A stretch of 56,242 nt of DNA. Source: Prorocentrum cordatum. Its lineage: Eukaryota. The stretch is from positions 62,001 to 118,242 of the forward strand of contig CAUYUJ010000100.1 of assembly GCA_963575745.1 (NCBI GenBank), given 5' to 3'. Shown piece by piece: positions 1 to 10,592 of this stretch. The notes below the pieces were generated by a model. It ran no database searches. It was not told the origin of the DNA and worked only from the letters and a program-made list of their open reading frames with translations. Positions within the stretch are counted from its first letter, which is position 1. Each line of letters begins with the position of its first letter. The position numbers and the translations under genes are program-made.

Positions 1-1464
1 GCGGCTGCTGGTCATCATGGCACTTGGTGGCGCCCCTGGACCGCTTGGGCGGCTTCGCCACCTCTGCGCGTGCTGGTTCGACCTCGCGCTTCTCGACGAG
101 CTGCTTGGTCGCCGCGTCGGCCGCGGGCGTGTGCTCGACGCCCTTGGCGGGCGCCTCGACAGGCGCACTGGTCTCCGCCTTCGGGGCGGCCTGGCTCGTG
201 ACCGTGCCCAGGGCGGCCGAGGTCGGGTTGTCGCCCTCCGAGTACTGGGAACAACTCACCATAGTTAGCATCACCACCATCATCATCAGCATCAGCATCA
301 GCATCATCATCCTCATCATCATCATCCATGTCCCCCCTCATCCTCGTCACCATCCTCCTCATCCTCGTCCACCGCCTCCGCCGCCGCGCCAATTTTCATC
401 CGCTCATTCCTCCGCAGCATCTCATCTTCATCAGCTCAGTCCCCCCCCCCTCAACTTTCCCACCCTCCGCCTCGTCATCCTCTACATATACAGCGCGACG
501 GCCAACAGTTCATGCCCCCAGTCCGTGGGCTTGGCCGTCAGCTGGCTCCACTCCTTGTGCTTGGTCCAGGCCTCCGTGAAGCAGTGGACGTGCCCCTTAT
601 ATGCCGCCATCGTGATTATCATCATCCTCATCGGTCTCATCATTCGCATCCGCACCCGCCCTCCCCGTCACCGCCATGATATCCCCCCCCCTCATGTTCC
701 GCATCGTCCGCCTATTATTCATCATCAGTGTCCTCATCCAACTACTCATCCGTCTTTTCGCCATCCCCATCGCCATCGCCAGCGTGGTTACGAACGCCAC
801 CATCACCCTCACCATCCTCCATCGCCTCGCCATCGTCACCCACATAGTCACATGCACCGCCACCTGCCATATCCGCATCCTCATTGCGATCCTCATCGTC
901 GCCACCCACATCAGCATCACCTGCCTCATAGATCAACTTCATAACATCGTTTACACTAGTCACACAACCAACAATGTCATCGTCACCATCAGTCATCGTC
1001 ATCAGCACAGCGGCATCGCCACCGTCGTCAGCATCACCATCACACGCAGCCTCACCACCAGTGCCATTATCATCATCACCACAGTCATCATCATTCGGTC
1101 ATGGGTTCGATATCGCATCAGCGTGTTAAGTGCCCCGCCGTCTTGCAGTGCAGCGCCTGGATCGCCTCCGACGCGTCGTCGAATAGGATCCACGGGGGGC
1201 CGATCTGGATGGCCTTGGAGACGACGCGGGCTGCCTGGGAGGACGGATAGTCGCCGCCACCACGCTGCCACCATCTCTCCAGATTGTTCCCAAATCGTCT
1301 GAGAGCACACCGCTCATCAGCACCACCCTCATCATCATCATCATCACCATCAGCAGCACCATCATCATCTTGATGCACCCGTCTCCCTCCGCATCCGCAT
1401 CATCACCATCAACAGCAACATCGTCATACTTCTAGTCCACACCACCCCTCGTCATCATCATCAT

Positions 1465-1514
<50 letters not shown>

Positions 1515-2460
1515 CCATCATCTGTCCACTCCTCCATCTCATATACCGTCATACCTTGGCATCCCATCATCATCAATACATTCTCCGCCCCCCCCCCCGC
1601 CGTCGCGACATTCAGTATCACCGTTCGCGCCTGTCGCCAGCCCAGGGCCCCTCCGCCGTTGATCCAGGCGATCCGCCCCACGGGGCGGTAGACGCCCTTG
1701 ACGTAGACCTGGCGCTTGTCCTCCTTCGTGTGGGTCCGCTTGTCCTGGGGCGGCGGTGGCGGCGCATCTCCATCGCTCACCATGCCCATCCCCTGATCAG
1801 TCGAGCCCCCTTTGCATCGGTCCCTCGGCCCCCCTCCCCTCTATCTTTCCGCCGGCGCATCGGTCCATCGGTCCTCGGGCCATGGGCCCATCGGCCCTCG
1901 TTGTCATGTCTCCCCCCAGGGTTGTGCACGCTGCGTTTCTGTTGGGGCCCAGTGCCCATGAATGTGTCGAACTCGCCTTTGGCCCAGCTCGCCCTGAAAT
2001 CTTTCTTTTTGGCGGTGCTGCCCTTGCCCTTGCTGGCGTCGTACTCGGCGCGCAACTTCTTCCCCGCGGGCGTGTCCGCTCCTTTAGCACGTTGCCATTT
2101 ACCTGCTGCCACCACTTCAAACTCGTCGGTACATTGCCTGTGCTCGAGCGGAAACTGGAAACTGTGTTTCTCGAGCGCCTTCCAGAAGTTCAACTGCTCC
2201 GCATCATCCTTGCCGCCCTGACTCTGGGCGCCATCACTCGTGTCACTTGCCTTCGCGCTCGGGCCGAACCAGTTGCTCTGGTTCTGCAGGTAGCCGCCGC
2301 TGCTGATGTCGCGCATCATCGCGCCCGTCGTCTCGCTGATGTTGTCGCGGCCCTTCTCCGCGAAGACCCCCCTCGGGCTCTTGTTGTTGAACAGCTCGAG
2401 CAAGAGGTCGTTGATTGCCAGCTCGTCGATCTTGTCCCCGCTCAGGGCCTTGTTCAACTT
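1..2460 (-). CDS. Multi-exon gene of unknown function, partial (exons about 1957-2460, 1652-1745, 1140-1258, 510-600, 1-260)
   Basis: GC3-rich coding islands separated by (CAT)n/(CCT)n tracts read coherently: KKKDFRASWAKGEFDTF / DKRTHTKEDKRQVYVKGVYRPVGRIAWINGG / GGDYPSSQAARVVSKAIQIGPPWILFDDASEAIQALHCK / KGHVHCFTEAWTKHKEWSQ. Splice sites were not resolved. Confidence 0.6.
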
Positions 2461-3759
2461 GTCCTGGCGGGGCCGAGGGATGGGGCCCTGTCTTCAGCAT
2501 GCCCGCCCCTCGCCTTGTGCCCCCCTCCCCATCTGGTCCATCCCTGCACCCTCCCGTGAGATCACTCCACATCCCTCCGACCGTCACCGCCAATGACCAC
2601 CACCACCCGATCGCTCTCCGCTTCCCTCTCCGCTCATCCCGCGCCCCATCGAAGGGGGGGGGGGGGGCGGTGATTTCAACCGCGCGGACAAGGGGGGGGG
2701 GGCGGTGGGCGAGGCAGATGAGGCATGGGATGACGACGCCCAGACAGACGCAACATCCCAACGCAAATCCCAACGCATTGTGATTTGCATTGGGATTTGA
2801 TGCGGCGTCGTCATCCCCCATGCCGCATCATTCTCATCCTCCTCCACTATCATCATTATCATCCTCCGCTTCTTCCTACGCCTCCTCCTCCCCCTCCTCC
2901 TCATTCTCCTCCTCCTCCTCCTCCTCCTCCTGCGCCGCCCTCGCACCTTCGCCCTCATCCAGTGTCATCGGATCCGCCGCTGTCCCATTGCGACTCGTCC
3001 ATCATCCCCCTTATTTCCTCATCTCCCCCCTCTGACGGCACGATGCCACGATGCATCGATGCCGAACGCAACGATGATGATTCGACATCTGTGCGCTCGG
3101 CTTCTGTGCAACAGTATCGCACCATCTGGCGTCAACTTGAATCTGGCGAGCTCAGGCGCGGCCTGAACGTCGCGCAGCTGCTTGGGGCCGCTCTTCAGCG
3201 GGCGCGGCGTCGACGCGGTACCGACCAGCGCTGCGCGAACTAAATCCACCTTCGGAGGAGGTGCGCCGAGCCTAGATGGCCCCTGCTGCGGGACCGAGCG
3301 AGGAAGCGTGCTAGGCGCTGCAGGCGCTGCAGGGTGGGTCCGCATCGCCTTCTCCTCGGGCGCACCTGGCGGCTGCTCACCATCCGTTGCGGACGGTCGC
3401 TTCCTGGATGCGGCCGGCCTCTTCTTGATCAGCACGGCGTCGCCATCGGCGCCATCGGGGACCTCCGCCTCCTCCCCCCCCCTCCCCGGCATGCTCATCT
3501 GGCTGGTCGGCCGCGTCGTCTCCGTCAACGTCGGACCCGTCCTGGTCGTCATCATCTCGATGAGCGGGCTCTCCATCGCTGGCGGCGCGGCCGGCCTCGT
3601 CGTCGCGGCAGTGCTTGGACGGCTTCTTGGTGACCTTGGTGCCGCCCTTGGCCTTGGCCGTTGCCTTACGCTTGCCCTTCGGAGCGCTCGTCACCTCGTC
3701 CTGCTTGTCCGTCGTCTCCTGCTTGCCGTGATCTCGAAGAAAGTCGGCCTTCGCCGCCT

Positions 3760-3776
3760 CGATATCGGCCTTGTCC
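3760..3776. repeat. Target-site duplication, left copy
   Basis: CGATATCGGCCTTGTCC, identical to 12724-12740. Confidence 0.95.
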
Positions 3777-3924
3777 ACACATGGTCCATGTATCTACCTT
3801 GGCGCTCGTCCGCGGTAGCATCGTATATCCACCAAGTAAGTACCCTGCTCCACTAGGTTGCCGAACAGGGAGATAGCATTCAAGTCCTCAAACACCGTCA
3901 AGGTCACGATGTCGAAGTGATACT

Positions 3925-4058
3925 CAGCAAAACATGGCAACGTGAGCCTAGGGTGTTCCCACGCATTCGGGGCTTCCCTAGGACTTGCGTTCTGCCAGCA
4001 AACCATGGCAACATGGTCTGAGGTGTTCCCACGCATTCGGGGCTTCCTCGAGAACCGT
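3925..4058. repeat. Tandem ~70-bp hairpin duplication in the LINE 3' UTR
   Basis: The 26-nt core GGTGTTCCCACGCATTCGGGGCTTCC is identical at 3952-3977 and 4022-4047. The flanks differ between copies but are self-complementary in each. Confidence 0.9.
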
Positions 4059-4192
4059 ACTCTGTAGTGATCGGGCCTTCCACGGCCCACTCTTTTCCAG
4101 GATAATATTCATGTTTGCCCGCACCCTGCGTAGTATTCACGAGGCTGCAGTAAGTATAAGATTATGCCATCACCCTGTGTACGTGTGATGAG

Positions 4193-7100
4193 CTATCGTC
4201 CAGTGCAGATGGCTGCACAGAACTCGAAATACTTCCGTTTGGCTGACTTTTTGGAACACTTCATGCACTCGAGCTCCTGACAAACTCGTGCTGGTCGAAA
4301 GGTAAGTAGGACGTGGCATCGGTTGCCTGGCTTCTCGGTGCGTATGTTGTGCTCCACGATAAGTTTGTCGTAGTCCTCTGGCGTACGTTTTTGTCCACAC
4401 TGATGCGGCCCTGACGGCAGGACCCCTGGTGTGCATAGTAGTCGTGGCCATGTGCTGAAGCGTCCAATCCCCGGCGTAGTGAACTTGCACTGTATGCAGA
4501 GCAGGTGCGGGTCTTGGTCTCGCTTGGCTCCAGTAAGCGGACCAAGCACATGGTATCCTTGCTGGCGGGCCTCTCGATTATGTAGAAGACGCTTCTGCTC
4601 ATCAATGAGAGCACGTCCTTGAAGACCCTGAAATTCTCGTTCTTCGTCTGTCGTCCATGTGATCACATTGCGCAACTTCTGGACGGAGACAACGTTCCTG
4701 GTGTGGGTACCCCTCTCTGAGAGTGATGCCACTGATTGCATTGCTCGTGAAGAAAGGTCACTGTCTCGCACTGTCTTGACTATGTTCTCCTTGAGGCAGG
4801 GGACGCTCCATATCGGCTTCGGCGGCGAGCACCAGTCTGGACATACGTCGAGGCTGCCCCTACGGTCAGTAGAGGCGAGGGCCAACGCGTACATCACCTT
4901 CATCGTGTGCTGGTGAGCCACAAAAGACGCTCGGCATTTAAATCCTGGGGCCTTGCGAAGTCCAAGTGGTATCAAGGCGCTTATCTCAGCATGGGTCTCT
5001 CTTGGAGCCAATTTGCATTTGCATAGCTGTGCCATCCTCGTAGCTGCAGTGCTGAAGTATCTGGCCATGCGCACAATCTTTGCCTCACTAGCGCTCTCCT
5101 GCGGCGTGACAAGAGAGAGGCCCGTTACAATAGTGAAGTCGATGGCAAGCTCTACCCAGGATACCGACATTGGCGCTCGTACCGTGTCATCGGCCTCCCA
5201 TTGTAGCTGTGAGAAGTACCATACCACTGCAGGAAATAACGCCTGTTGGTAGTACCAAGCTCGATTTGCCACCGTCTCAGGTAGTATTGGTTTGAACTTC
5301 CAATCGTAAATATTTGGTTGGATTGGTTCCCACTGATAGCCAGGAAATGCTGCCTTCGGGGTCCAATTTGTCGGGTTCGTAGTAGCTTGGTCCAGTGCTA
5401 GTCCCGTGCATGTCTCCTGAGGTCTCGAGCTCGATGACGAGCTAGGTTCCTCAAGGATGGTGGCTGGTGGATCTTCTTCTGGAGCTGCTTTGCGTAGTAG
5501 TCGGCGCCTTGGTGCAGGCGGGGCCGTTGGTGTTGGCTGGGGTGATGTCGAGGAGGTCCGTTGTGGCGGTAGCTGGGGTTGCTCGTCGTCCGAGTCCATG
5601 CCCAGATGCGCCCACGGGTCCTCCTCGTTGTCTTCATCAAGCTGTGCATGTTGTTGACCGTCCAACTCAGCACGTTCCATAGCTTGGGCCTGCTCGCATC
5701 TGTCATGATGTGAATCTCGGCACATTTCTTTGAGCTCTTTTGCTCGGTGCATGAGGATGACCGTCGCCGTGTGCTGAAGAAGATAACATAATTTCTGCTC
5801 CTGCCGATGCTGCTGGCGAATGGTGTCTGGAAGGCCGTGTGACCTTGCCGCACGCACAGCTCCTGCATCTGCCTGGCGATTCATCTCCCACAAGAGTCGT
5901 TCATCTGCTGGGACGTCGCGCTCGCTCGTGTGGGCTTTGACCTTCTGTATTCGAAATAGCTCTCGTCCTTTGGCATTGAGTCCTGTCTCGATGGCCTGCC
6001 AGAGGTCGGTGTGCTGCTTGGTGTTCAGCGCTTCCCCTCGGAGGAGTGCTGAGAAGTTGCGAACGCAGCAGCTGCTGTCCGTCAGGTAGATCTGTTTGCC
6101 CCAGCTCCACGCGACAAAGTGCCGAAGTGCTGCAACCTCTGCTCTCTGAGCTCCCTGTGCGACACTGCGCAGGGGCACTTCAACATTGCATGGATGACCT
6201 CTGCCGTAGTACAGTGAGTAGCCCGATCTGCGTAGACGTAGGTCCGACGCCTGGCCAGGACATGACCCGTCACCAGCTACGACAGTGTAGTCATCGATCT
6301 TTGTGAGAATGTCCTCCTCGTGTCCTCCCACCTCATGCTCACCGTCGGCGTGATGTGGCGGTGCATGTAATGGAGGATCATCTGGCAGTAGTTCACATGC
6401 GAAGGCATCATATTCTGGCTTGTCTGGCAACTGTCCACAGCACAAGAGGCACGTCGGTAGCGCAAGAAGCTCTTCCTTCGTGTAGCTTTGCAATTCCCAT
6501 CTGGGGCAGTCCAATAAGATATGCTGCATAGTCTCGTCAAGGGCGAGGCAAAATGGGCACTTCTTGTGGGCTGGATTCTTGGTGATGTAGTGCAGTCTAT
6601 GTCCTGTGATGGTGCCTCCCTGGAGGTAGGCACGCAAGAACGGGACCTGCTTGGAAGTAAGTTTAGGTACTGGTATGTCCGTGGATCCAAGAAGCAACGG
6701 GGGCTGCTCCTTCGGCTCGTCGTCCACGTCCTCGTCGTCAGGCTTGGTGGTACGGTCAGCTTTGCGCAAGATGGCCGTGGTGACGTGGTAGTTCAGGCCA
6801 ACAGCACAGCCCTTCATGTCCTTGCGCTCCTGTAGCTGAAGATCGGTACGCCACACAAATCGTCGAAGATCCTCTCTCAGTGTATGCTGCCACCAGCCCA
6901 TCGGGTGCTTGGTGAGGTAGATTCGTTGCTGGTTCGCCCTCTCGAAGTAGTCGAAGGCTGGCCATGTCCATTGTAAGTCCTTCAACACAGAGCGTATCCT
7001 GTTGATGGGGCCTGTGTCGTTGTCCTTCACGGTGAATGTTACTCGATGCTGCAGGATGTCCCAGCACTGCTTCGCACGTCGTAGTAGTCGTGCTGCGCTT

Positions 7101-10100
7101 GGGCTGGAGAAGAGCCTTCTCGCAATCACCAGTGGTTGCGCAGTGGCAATCTGCACGGGGTCAAGCAGATGACCTCGAGTAACAAGAGTAAGTGTCATTG
7201 CTGGGGATCGATATGCTCTCCCTCTTCGCCACATGCTTTTTATCACTGCCGATCTAAAGTTAAGATGATTGTGTTTCGGCAGTCGTCGGTATTCTAATCC
7301 TGGCGCAAGTCGTGGTAAGGCTGCTGTTGCCAAAAGACGCTGCTTTCCTTGGAGTCCGAGTGGGGCGGCACCGGTACGCTGAGTTACGCGATATGCTGAG
7401 GTATACCTTCGGCGTCGCTCCGCCTGTGGGCACATTCCCAGCGTACATATCTCTCCACCCACCAGAGTAAAATTCTTCACAATCGATGCTTGGACATGTC
7501 CTTGAGCGTTGAGATGGTGCCTTAGCTCCTTCTCAGCCTTGATCGATGTGGCGAAGTGCTTCGTCTTCTCAACATTGGTCTGAGTACCTGAATGCTGATC
7601 AAATTCAACTGAAATAGTTGTTGCTTTGGCAGTCCGAATAGCATGCTGAGGTCCTTCGGCTCTGAAGTTGCCGTCGTCGATGAAGGATGCGACCTTGACC
7701 TCTGCTTCTTTCTCAAGGGCATGGCTCCAAATCGACATCAATGCGAGCGCCTGCTGCAGGGACCAGGAGTCACCTTGGATAAAACCGTTGCTGCGCTTTG
7801 TCTCTGGGCCTACTGCACGTGCTACCTTCCATCTCGCTCGAAGATCCTCGTAGAAGATGGTGGACGCATGCATGACACCCTCAGGGCAGCCCAGTGCTTT
7901 CATCAATCTGTTGCCTATCTCGTACTCGAGGAGGTCAAAGAACTTTCGGCGATCTGCTGAACATCCTGAGGTCGGAGTACCTGTGATGTGTGCATATTCA
8001 ATGTCCAGCGCCAGTTCCCAGGATACAGCTTGGTAGTGATATCCTTTCCTGGCTCCAATAGCTCCATCATGCAACCAAAGCTCGCGCCAGGATGCCATTT
8101 GAGTAAATCTGTCGCCTGTGACAGCGGTGTATATTGGGCTCAGATTGGTGATTGGCCTCGTGTCCGAAATTGAAGCTGTCCACACATTGTCTGGCTCAAT
8201 CTCTGCAGCAAGGTCAGCCTCCTGATCCCATTTCGGGAGGCAGCTCGTAATTCCAAGAGTCATTGCACGCGGCCATCTCAACCAAGCATCCTCTACTCCT
8301 TTGCAGAGGGTGGCGAACAGGTCACATATACAGGGTGGTAGTAGTCGAAGTTCAGCAACTCTCCACCCGTCAGCTGCGGCAGCGCGGTGCACATTCATTT
8401 TGCAGAATTGTCGATGAAGTCGATGGCCTGTTATGTCCTCGATCTCACATGGATGTTGCTTGATGTATTGGCCGAAACGGGTCTCGAACTTGTCCCATGC
8501 TTTCAGCTCGCCTTTGTTGAAGATCTTGCTCCAGAAAAGATCAACCTGCTGGAGCATCTCCTTTCTTCGTGTGTGAATCTGCGTAGGATCTGCATGACCT
8601 CGTACTGCATGAATTGTTTGGTACTGTCGTTGTTTGATCCACGCATAGACCTCACGTCCGCCAGAGTATCGTAGAGAATCTCTGAGTGTCTTGCGCCAGC
8701 TGTCGATCCTCGCCAGCTTGCGCTCTTTGACGTGCTTGCTGTGCTTGTTCTCCAATGCTGTGGTCCATTTCCCAATCTGGGTAGAACTCGGTAATCCAAT
8801 CGGTATGTCAGCTGGTAGGTTCAGCTCACGTCGTAGTGGTCCTCGTACTTTGCGCCAGAGCGCTTGGGACTTCAATTTCGCAGAAAAATTGGGATGTACG
8901 GCTCCTCGATGCTGTTGTAGTGCCAACTCGGCTAGGCGGCTGATGAGGTTCTCCAGGCGTCGCAGAATGGTCGCCGTGGGTCCTTCTTTCAGCTTGTCTC
9001 GGCCTGCAGGTGGTGCCGTACTTTCCCACGTGGTTAGTTCAGGCTCTTGACTTCGGCCGTGATATACGGCTCCAAAGGTAATGCCAGTGTGCTCAAGTCT
9101 CTTTTCCAGGTAAAGCTCTCCAATTTTTCCGACCAGGGCCCAAGCATCCTCGGCCCGTTCGTCAATGAGTGCTTGCTCGAAGGCTTCGTAGTGTACTTCA
9201 ATGCATTGGCGTCCAAGGGCATCGCTGTCCTCGGCGCTGATCTTCATGACAGACTCCACTGGGTAAGCTCGAGGGATTCTGATACTGTCGAAGGTGTTCG
9301 TGAGCAGTCCAACGTTCAGTGTCATCTCGAGCCCCAGGTGACTTTTGATTCCTAGGTCACGTCGTAGTCGGAACGTCTTGATGGCGTCCCTGGCCGCCGT
9401 GTTGACTATGATGAGGTCTGGGCGACTCACATTCGTGCCGTGTGTAAACTTGCCCCACGAGGGGTCAACTCCATATGTCGGCTCAGCTCCAAACATAGCA
9501 CCTACATCATGCCAACGTCCTGTGGCAAGAATAGCTGCAAGCGTGGAGGAGTGCCCCGTAGTAGTGTTCGCGTCCATGCAGATGACCACAGCTTGATCGC
9601 CAAGGCCTTCAGCATCCTCGAAGGTATAGTGCAGATTCCGATCATTTCGGGTCCTGATCATGTTGTCATGGCCAGCTTCGTTGTAAAGGTTGACGAAGTG
9701 GATGGGACGCGAGCCAAAGAGAGCTACAACCCGAAGCCAGCGGGTCGTCGCATACATCTCCTTGGCTGCTCCATACTTGCGCCCGCCTGGGAGCGTGACC
9801 AGAGATCGCTTAGCAATAGTGGCAACCCCACCCTGCTGCGTACGATGATATTTATCTCCAAGGCATTTCTGAGGTCTGAGTGGGTGCCCAAAAGTATCCT
9901 CATACCCATGAGCTTGACAAGCCTTTGAGCAGCCCATTTGTTGTTTGTAATCCAATCGCGTTTCTTGCAATAGTAGTAGGTCGACGTCCATAGTGCCCAT
10001 ACGTCCCACGAACGAATTCCAAGATGTAGCATTTGCTGACAGAATAGTAGCCAGAGCAGGAATTTCTCCCTCCACTGCCGCCCTCTGAGGTGGCGGCTGT

Positions 10101-10129
10101 TTGCCTCGCATGCGTCGCGAGGCCATCAT
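4193..10129 (-). CDS. Retrotransposon ORF2 polyprotein: apurinic-like endonuclease, reverse transcriptase, CCHC zinc knuckle, RNase H, C-terminal Cys/His region
   Basis: 1978 aa uninterrupted. EEP motifs: ILSANATSW, LLLLQETRL, GGVA, ICMDAN, SRPDLII, SHLGL. RT motifs: AADGWRVAEL, RPITNLS, DRRKFFD, GFIQGDSWS, SFIDD. Zinc knuckle: CPFC...HILLDC. RNase H: GDGSC, AQRAEVAAL, YLTDS, KVKAH, NRQADAGA. Confidence 0.97.
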   Translation of the reverse strand: MMASRRMRGKQPPPQRAAVEGEIPALATILSANATSWNSFVGRMGTMDVDLLLLQETRLDYKQQMGCSKACQAHGYEDTFGHPLRPQKCLGDKYHRTQQGGVATIAKRSLVTLPGGRKYGAAKEMYATTRWLRVVALFGSRPIHFVNLYNEAGHDNMIRTRNDRNLHYTFEDAEGLGDQAVVICMDANTTTGHSSTLAAILATGRWHDVGAMFGAEPTYGVDPSWGKFTHGTNVSRPDLIIVNTAARDAIKTFRLRRDLGIKSHLGLEMTLNVGLLTNTFDSIRIPRAYPVESVMKISAEDSDALGRQCIEVHYEAFEQALIDERAEDAWALVGKIGELYLEKRLEHTGITFGAVYHGRSQEPELTTWESTAPPAGRDKLKEGPTATILRRLENLISRLAELALQQHRGAVHPNFSAKLKSQALWRKVRGPLRRELNLPADIPIGLPSSTQIGKWTTALENKHSKHVKERKLARIDSWRKTLRDSLRYSGGREVYAWIKQRQYQTIHAVRGHADPTQIHTRRKEMLQQVDLFWSKIFNKGELKAWDKFETRFGQYIKQHPCEIEDITGHRLHRQFCKMNVHRAAAADGWRVAELRLLPPCICDLFATLCKGVEDAWLRWPRAMTLGITSCLPKWDQEADLAAEIEPDNVWTASISDTRPITNLSPIYTAVTGDRFTQMASWRELWLHDGAIGARKGYHYQAVSWELALDIEYAHITGTPTSGCSADRRKFFDLLEYEIGNRLMKALGCPEGVMHASTIFYEDLRARWKVARAVGPETKRSNGFIQGDSWSLQQALALMSIWSHALEKEAEVKVASFIDDGNFRAEGPQHAIRTAKATTISVEFDQHSGTQTNVEKTKHFATSIKAEKELRHHLNAQGHVQASIVKNFTLVGGEICTLGMCPQAERRRRYTSAYRVTQRTGAAPLGLQGKQRLLATAALPRLAPGLEYRRLPKHNHLNFRSAVIKSMWRRGRAYRSPAMTLTLVTRGHLLDPVQIATAQPLVIARRLFSSPSAARLLRRAKQCWDILQHRVTFTVKDNDTGPINRIRSVLKDLQWTWPAFDYFERANQQRIYLTKHPMGWWQHTLREDLRRFVWRTDLQLQERKDMKGCAVGLNYHVTTAILRKADRTTKPDDEDVDDEPKEQPPLLLGSTDIPVPKLTSKQVPFLRAYLQGGTITGHRLHYITKNPAHKKCPFCLALDETMQHILLDCPRWELQSYTKEELLALPTCLLCCGQLPDKPEYDAFACELLPDDPPLHAPPHHADGEHEVGGHEEDILTKIDDYTVVAGDGSCPGQASDLRLRRSGYSLYYGRGHPCNVEVPLRSVAQGAQRAEVAALRHFVAWSWGKQIYLTDSSCCVRNFSALLRGEALNTKQHTDLWQAIETGLNAKGRELFRIQKVKAHTSERDVPADERLLWEMNRQADAGAVRAARSHGLPDTIRQQHRQEQKLCYLLQHTATVILMHRAKELKEMCRDSHHDRCEQAQAMERAELDGQQHAQLDEDNEEDPWAHLGMDSDDEQPQLPPQRTSSTSPQPTPTAPPAPRRRLLRKAAPEEDPPATILEEPSSSSSSRPQETCTGLALDQATTNPTNWTPKAAFPGYQWEPIQPNIYDWKFKPILPETVANRAWYYQQALFPAVVWYFSQLQWEADDTVRAPMSVSWVELAIDFTIVTGLSLVTPQESASEAKIVRMARYFSTAATRMAQLCKCKLAPRETHAEISALIPLGLRKAPGFKCRASFVAHQHTMKVMYALALASTDRRGSLDVCPDWCSPPKPIWSVPCLKENIVKTVRDSDLSSRAMQSVASLSERGTHTRNVVSVQKLRNVITWTTDEEREFQGLQGRALIDEQKRLLHNREARQQGYHVLGPLTGAKRDQDPHLLCIQCKFTTPGIGRFSTWPRLLCTPGVLPSGPHQCGQKRTPEDYDKLIVEHNIRTEKPGNRCHVLLTFRPARVCQELECMKCSKKSAKRKYFEFCAAICTGR

Positions 10130-10560
10130 TGCTCCGACTTTATTTCCAAGGACGTCTTGAGCTTCTTTGTGAACTCCTCAAGCTCGGCCTTCCGTTTGCG
10201 TTCTTCATCGGTAACAAGGGTCCCTGTCGCTGGCGATGGCGGTGCTGATGTGGGCGCTGGGGCGATCATCATGTCCAAACATCGCGCAAGTCCCTGACCT
10301 TGAAGATGTAATTGTGATAAAAAAAAAAAAAAAAAAAGACTAAAAAAAAATATGTTAAAAAACAGAAACAAAAAATAAAAGAAAAAAAAAAAAAAAAAAA
10401 AAGAATTAAAAAAAAAAAAAAAAAATAAAAGAGCCAAAAAAAAAACACAAAAAAAAAAAAGGAAAAAGTAATAAACAAAAAAACAAAAAAAACAAAAAAA
10501 AAAACAAAGCAAAAAAAAAAATAAAAAACAAAGACTAAAAAAAAAGAAAACAAAAAACTA

Positions 10561-10592
<32 letters not shown>

